Shown here piece after piece: positions 53,032 to 56,346 of a stretch of DNA of 56,346 nt (position 1 is the stretch's first letter; each line of letters begins with the position of its first letter). Origin of the DNA: Chloroflexota bacterium (GTDB lineage Bacteria; Chloroflexota; Dehalococcoidia; Lucifugimonadales; Lucifugimonadaceae). Where the stretch lies: positions 12,044 to 68,389 of the forward strand of contig PABO01000008.1 in the NCBI GenBank assembly GCA_002699165.1, written 5' to 3'. Made by a program: the position numbers and the translations under genes. Under the pieces are notes generated by a model that worked only from the letters and a program-made list of their open reading frames with translations, ran no database searches and was not told where the DNA came from.

Positions 53032-53385
53032 ATTATAAGTTTTTCTAGAGAAGAGCCGGTTTATGCAATAGGTATAGTCTCTAAGATTGTAGGTTTGCAT
53101 CAACAGACCTTAAGAAATTATGAGAGATGGAATTTAGTTATACCTTTTCGTTCACCTGGTGGAACAAGATACTATTCGATTGTAGATATTGAAAAAATTG
53201 AAAAAGTTAAGGATTGGATTGAAAAATTTGGTATCAATAGAGCTGGCATTGAAATAATTACAGATTTACTAAAAGAGATTAATGAACTAGAGAAAAAAAA
53301 TAATTTTCTCGAGTCAGAGTTAATAAGGTATAAGAGCAGGGGTTCTATGATGGAATTACCTGAAAATAATAGGAGGCAATTATGA
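53032..53385 (+). CDS. hspR: MerR-family heat-shock repressor HspR-like (start non-canonical/uncertain)
   Basis: EEPVYAIGIVSKIVGLHQQTLRNYERWNLVIPFRSPGGTRYYS matches the HspR N-terminal wHTH, followed by a coiled-coil tail. The first canonical start (TTG 53095) would delete helix 1-2. ATT 53032 / ATA 53035 follow an AAAGG SD. Confidence 0.65.
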   Translation: MISFSREEPVYAIGIVSKIVGLHQQTLRNYERWNLVIPFRSPGGTRYYSIVDIEKIEKVKDWIEKFGINRAGIEIITDLLKEINELEKKNNFLESELIRYKSRGSMMELPENNRRQL

Positions 53386-55910
53386 TTTCCACTGAGATTT
53401 GGTCGAGAGAAATTATGGATAAAGAACTTATTGATGTTTTTGATCAGGCTGATCATTTAGCAACAAGTGCTTATAGAGAAGAATTTTTTACTATTAATCA
53501 TCTTATGTTATCGCTATTAAGAACACCATCCGTGATTAAAATCTTAAGTAATTTAGTTACAGCTTCTTCCTTAAAAAACTGGGAAACAGAACTTATGAAA
53601 GGATTTAAGGATAATAAATTCCCTATAATTGAAATTGCTTATGAAAGCTTAATGCAAAAACTGTATTCTTTATCTCTAGATATTGCAAACACCACTCAGA
53701 GTGAAAAAATTAAAATTATACATGTTTTGTTAGGGATTGCAGAATTATCTAATAATGCTTCTATAACAAGAGTTATTAATAGAAGGTCTTTACAAGAATA
53801 TCGAACAACAAATAATATTACTTTTGATTTATTTCTAAGTAATAGACTAACTGTAGATAATGTGCAATTTGCTTATTTAGTTGCTAATCCTAACTCTAAA
53901 TTAAAAACTAAAAGTGAAGAAGTTGAATTTTCAGAAAAAAAAGATCAAGAATCTGAAAATAATTCAAAATATGAATTTTTAGATAAATATTCTATTGATT
54001 TGACTAGTCTTGCAAAGCAAAACTTGATTGATCCTATCATAGGTAGAGATTCAGAAATAAAAAAAGTACAACAAATTCTCTTAAGAAGAACTAAAAATAA
54101 CCCTGTATTAATTGGTGATGCTGGAGTGGGTAAAACGGCGATAGCTGAGGGGCTAGCCTTAAATATCATTGGAGGTAATGTTCACCCTTTTCTAAAAGAC
54201 AAAAGAGTGTTGTCTCTACAATTAGGACAGCTATTAGCAGGTACAGGTGTAAGGGGAGAATTTGAAGAAAGAATGCAGACAATAATTAAAGAAATGGAAG
54301 ATTCAAATGGGGAGATCATTTTGTTTATTGATGAAATCCATACTGTAGTTGGTGCTGGTTCTGGTGGGGGTGCATTAGATGCATCAAATATGATGAAACC
54401 GGCTCTTGCTCGCGGTAAATTACAAACTATAGGAGCCACAACTCCCGATGAATTTAGAAAATATATTGAATCCGACCAAGCTTTGGAAAGAAGATTTTCT
54501 CCGGTTTTCATAAATGAACCAACAAAAAAAGCATCAATTAAAATGCTTCAGGGTTTAAGATACAAATATGAAAAACATCATGATTTGAAAATTTCTGATG
54601 AAGCAATTGAATCAGCTGTAAATTTATCTGATAGATATATAAAAAATCGTTTTTTACCTGATAAGGCTATAGATTTAATGGATGAGTCATTATCAAAAGT
54701 AAAAATAGAAAATCCGCTAACTCCTGATCAAATTTCTGATATAGAAAATGAAATAGATCAATTAAAAGAGGAGGAAAATAAGCTATTTCAAGAGGGAAAA
54801 AAGATTGAATCAGAAGAAGTAGTTGAAAAAAGATATCAAAAAGAAGAAAATTTAAAACTTCAAAGAGAACAATGGGGATTTAGTGAAAAACAAATAGAGA
54901 TAGTCGAACCCAAGCATATAGCAAAGGTTATTTCTGAAAAAACAGGAATTCCTATTGATAATTTAATTCAGAGTGAAGCAAAAAAACTACTAAAATTAGA
55001 GGAAAAATTACATAAGAGAGTTATAGGTCAATCTAAAGCTGTTGAGGGGATTTCAAATGCTATTAGAAGAAGTAGGGCAGGATTACAAGATCCCACTAGA
55101 CCAATAGGTTCTTTTATATTTTTAGGGCCTACTGGTGTTGGAAAAACAGAGCTTGCAAAATCATTAGCTGAATTTTTGTTTGATGATGAAAATAGCATAG
55201 TTCGAGTTGATATGTCTGAGTATAGAGAAAGCTATTCAATGGCAAGGCTAATTGGTGCACCTCCAGGATATGTGGGATATGACGAAGCAGGCCAGTTAAC
55301 AGAATCTGTAAGGCGTAATCCTTATAGTGTTATATTATTTGATGAGGTAGAGAAAGCTCACCCAGATATATTTAATGTTTTACTTCAAGTATTGGATGAT
55401 GGAAGATTAACAGATGGGCAAGGCAGGACTGTAGATTTTACAAATACAATTATTATCATGACTTCAAATTTGGGTAGTGATTTTGTAAGTAAAGAATCTA
55501 TAGGCTTTATGAATAATTCAGATAAAAAGATTGAAGAACAGCATAATAATGTATCTGAATCTTTGAAATCACATTTTAGACCTGAGTTCTTAAATAGAAT
55601 TGATGAAATAATTATTTTTGAATCTTTGACTAAGCAAAATTTGTTACTAATAGTTGATAAAGTACTCGATGATCTTTCAGAAAAATTAAAATCAAAAAAT
55701 CTTCAAATAAAAATAAATAAGAAAGTTAAAGAATTTATAGCTAGTAAAGGATTTGATAAATATTATGGTGCAAGACCATTAAGAAGATTATTACAAAAAG
55801 AAGTAGAGAATAAAATTTCTAAAATGATTATTTCTAAAGAAATTAAAAATGGTGATGTTTTAAAACTTACTTTAAGAGAAAATGAAATAATAATTAATAT
55901 AAAAAAATAA
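53382..55910 (+). CDS. clpC: Clp/Hsp100 double-AAA+ ATPase, ClpC-like (short M-domain, IGF ClpP-docking loop)
   Basis: Walker A GDAGVGKTAIAEGLA and GPTGVGKTELAKSLA. Only about 70 aa between NBD1 end (DKAIDLMDES) and VEPKHIAKVISEKTGIP. KESIGFMN tripeptide loop in NBD2. ATGA overlap with hspR-like. Confidence 0.85.
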   Translation: MISTEIWSREIMDKELIDVFDQADHLATSAYREEFFTINHLMLSLLRTPSVIKILSNLVTASSLKNWETELMKGFKDNKFPIIEIAYESLMQKLYSLSLDIANTTQSEKIKIIHVLLGIAELSNNASITRVINRRSLQEYRTTNNITFDLFLSNRLTVDNVQFAYLVANPNSKLKTKSEEVEFSEKKDQESENNSKYEFLDKYSIDLTSLAKQNLIDPIIGRDSEIKKVQQILLRRTKNNPVLIGDAGVGKTAIAEGLALNIIGGNVHPFLKDKRVLSLQLGQLLAGTGVRGEFEERMQTIIKEMEDSNGEIILFIDEIHTVVGAGSGGGALDASNMMKPALARGKLQTIGATTPDEFRKYIESDQALERRFSPVFINEPTKKASIKMLQGLRYKYEKHHDLKISDEAIESAVNLSDRYIKNRFLPDKAIDLMDESLSKVKIENPLTPDQISDIENEIDQLKEEENKLFQEGKKIESEEVVEKRYQKEENLKLQREQWGFSEKQIEIVEPKHIAKVISEKTGIPIDNLIQSEAKKLLKLEEKLHKRVIGQSKAVEGISNAIRRSRAGLQDPTRPIGSFIFLGPTGVGKTELAKSLAEFLFDDENSIVRVDMSEYRESYSMARLIGAPPGYVGYDEAGQLTESVRRNPYSVILFDEVEKAHPDIFNVLLQVLDDGRLTDGQGRTVDFTNTIIIMTSNLGSDFVSKESIGFMNNSDKKIEEQHNNVSESLKSHFRPEFLNRIDEIIIFESLTKQNLLLIVDKVLDDLSEKLKSKNLQIKINKKVKEFIASKGFDKYYGARPLRRLLQKEVENKISKMIISKEIKNGDVLKLTLRENEIIINIKK

Positions 55911-55918
55911 AAAATTAA

Positions 55919-56346
55919 ATGATACAAACTGATAAAAAAGTTTCTGCTATATTACTTGCAGCTGGTAAATCAAAAAGATTTGAACAAGATAAAACTTTTT
56001 TTGAAATTGATGGTACTCCTATCGCAATTAAATCTTTAGAAACACTATTAGAACTTAAGATTTTGAAGAATATTTTTATAGTATCATCTGATGAAAATTA
56101 TGAAAATTTTAAAAATTATTTAATCAATTCAAAATATTCAAATAAAATTGAAATTATAATTGGTTCTACATCCAGATCTGCTTCATTAATCAATGCAGTG
56201 AAATTTATAAAAAAGAATAATATAGATTTTGATTACTTGATTATCCATGATGCTGCAAGGCCTTACGCTTCTAAAAAACTTTTTCAAAAAGGCGTTGATT
56301 TATTGGAAAAATATGATGCAGTAATTCCTGGACTAACTCCAACTGA
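55919..56346 (+). CDS. ispD: 2-C-methyl-D-erythritol 4-phosphate cytidylyltransferase (partial, runs off the right edge)
   Basis: Hand translation: MIQTDKKVSAILLAAGKSKRF...IIHDAARP. Not in the ORF track because there is no stop before the window end. Confidence 0.8.
   Translation, partial: MIQTDKKVSAILLAAGKSKRFEQDKTFFEIDGTPIAIKSLETLLELKILKNIFIVSSDENYENFKNYLINSKYSNKIEIIIGSTSRSASLINAVKFIKKNNIDFDYLIIHDAARPYASKKLFQKGVDLLEKYDAVIPGLTPT

Noticed and set aside
498-54511. About 30 short ORFs (62-142 aa) in the six-frame track lying inside or antisense to larger genes. Examples: 498-695, 1123-1362, 12660-12929, 14288-14572, 17222-17575, 24722-25057, 27487-27912, 32051-32437, 46750-47178, 48781-49095, 53172-53456, 54182-54511.
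   Set aside because: Each is fully embedded in a CDS with clear family motifs. Their translations are low-complexity, Leu/Ile/Phe/Ser-rich or otherwise featureless, as expected for shadow frames in AT-rich DNA. No SD or coupling signals were seen.
53382-55910. Calling this gene clpB because it follows an HspR-type repressor.
   Set aside because: The short middle domain and IGF tripeptide loop point to a ClpC-type unfoldase (see finding).
1-56346. Search for tRNA, rRNA, riboswitch/leader RNAs, IS elements, integrases, toxin-antitoxin or known defence systems.
   Set aside because: The largest non-coding gaps are about 220 nt or less and almost pure A/T, without conserved stems. No transposase, integrase, cas, restriction or TA-like ORFs were recognised. 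The window looks like core genome rather than an island.

Overview
AT-rich (about 30% GC by eye) and very gene-dense chromosomal segment: about 66 CDS in 56 kb, many with 4-17 nt overlaps. I saw no rRNA, tRNA, CRISPR, IS, integrase or phage genes. It looks like core genome of a streamlined, probably marine bacterium. The marker mix suggests a Chloroflexota/Actinomycetota-like lineage, not resolved from sequence alone: HspR-type MerR + Clp ATPase, DUF3090/SCO1664 pair, HadAB-like hot-dog pair + FabL, Ni-SOD + SodX, alternative complex III, system I CcmF/H. Left to right: membrane protein; leuD-leuB; leaderless penicillin-acylase homologue; enolase-superfamily dehydratase + MhpD-like hydratase; JAMM protease; cimA; DUF3090 + SCO1664 kinase-like pair; IMPase; two unknowns (one a triad-less GATase fold); gyrA; flavin reductase; glycosyltransferase; rplU-rpmA-rpmE; DUF1385. 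A his block follows on the minus strand (hisH-hisA-hisF-HAD-hisIE, preceded by a PduO adenosyltransferase), then erpA-like + ygfZ. Next comes a 15-kb, 18-ORF minus-strand run: small TM protein, ACIII actA-B1-B2-F-like-C-D-E, ccmH-ccmF, 28-aa micro-ORF, unknown exported protein, TlpA, HadAB-like pair, plsX-fabG-fabL. After that: orphan 2-oxoacid dehydrogenase E1 alpha/beta; DUF971; an 8-gene plus-strand operon; sodN/sodX; an hpn-like isoprenoid operon; hspR-like + ClpC-like ATPase; partial ispD. Best candidate for an undescribed system is that 8-gene operon (41711-48055). It joins PxpA/PxpB/PxpC homologues to the membrane module of a Na+-translocating biotin decarboxylase (OadG-like, biotinyl carrier, OadB-type beta) with no conventional carboxyltransferase alpha subunit. 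This suggests the KipI/KipA-fold PxpBC pair is the carboxyltransferase of a new Na+-pumping decarboxylase class. Other notable signals: a unique 20-nt alternating-CG, REP-like palindrome flanked by 6-bp direct repeats just upstream of gyrA; an unlisted, translationally coupled 28-aa TM micro-ORF in the ccm cluster; an HspR-like repressor whose HTH lies upstream of any canonical start codon, with an 8-N7-8 operator-like palindrome over its promoter; and a trimmed hpn-like operon with a degenerate phosphorylase-like gene.
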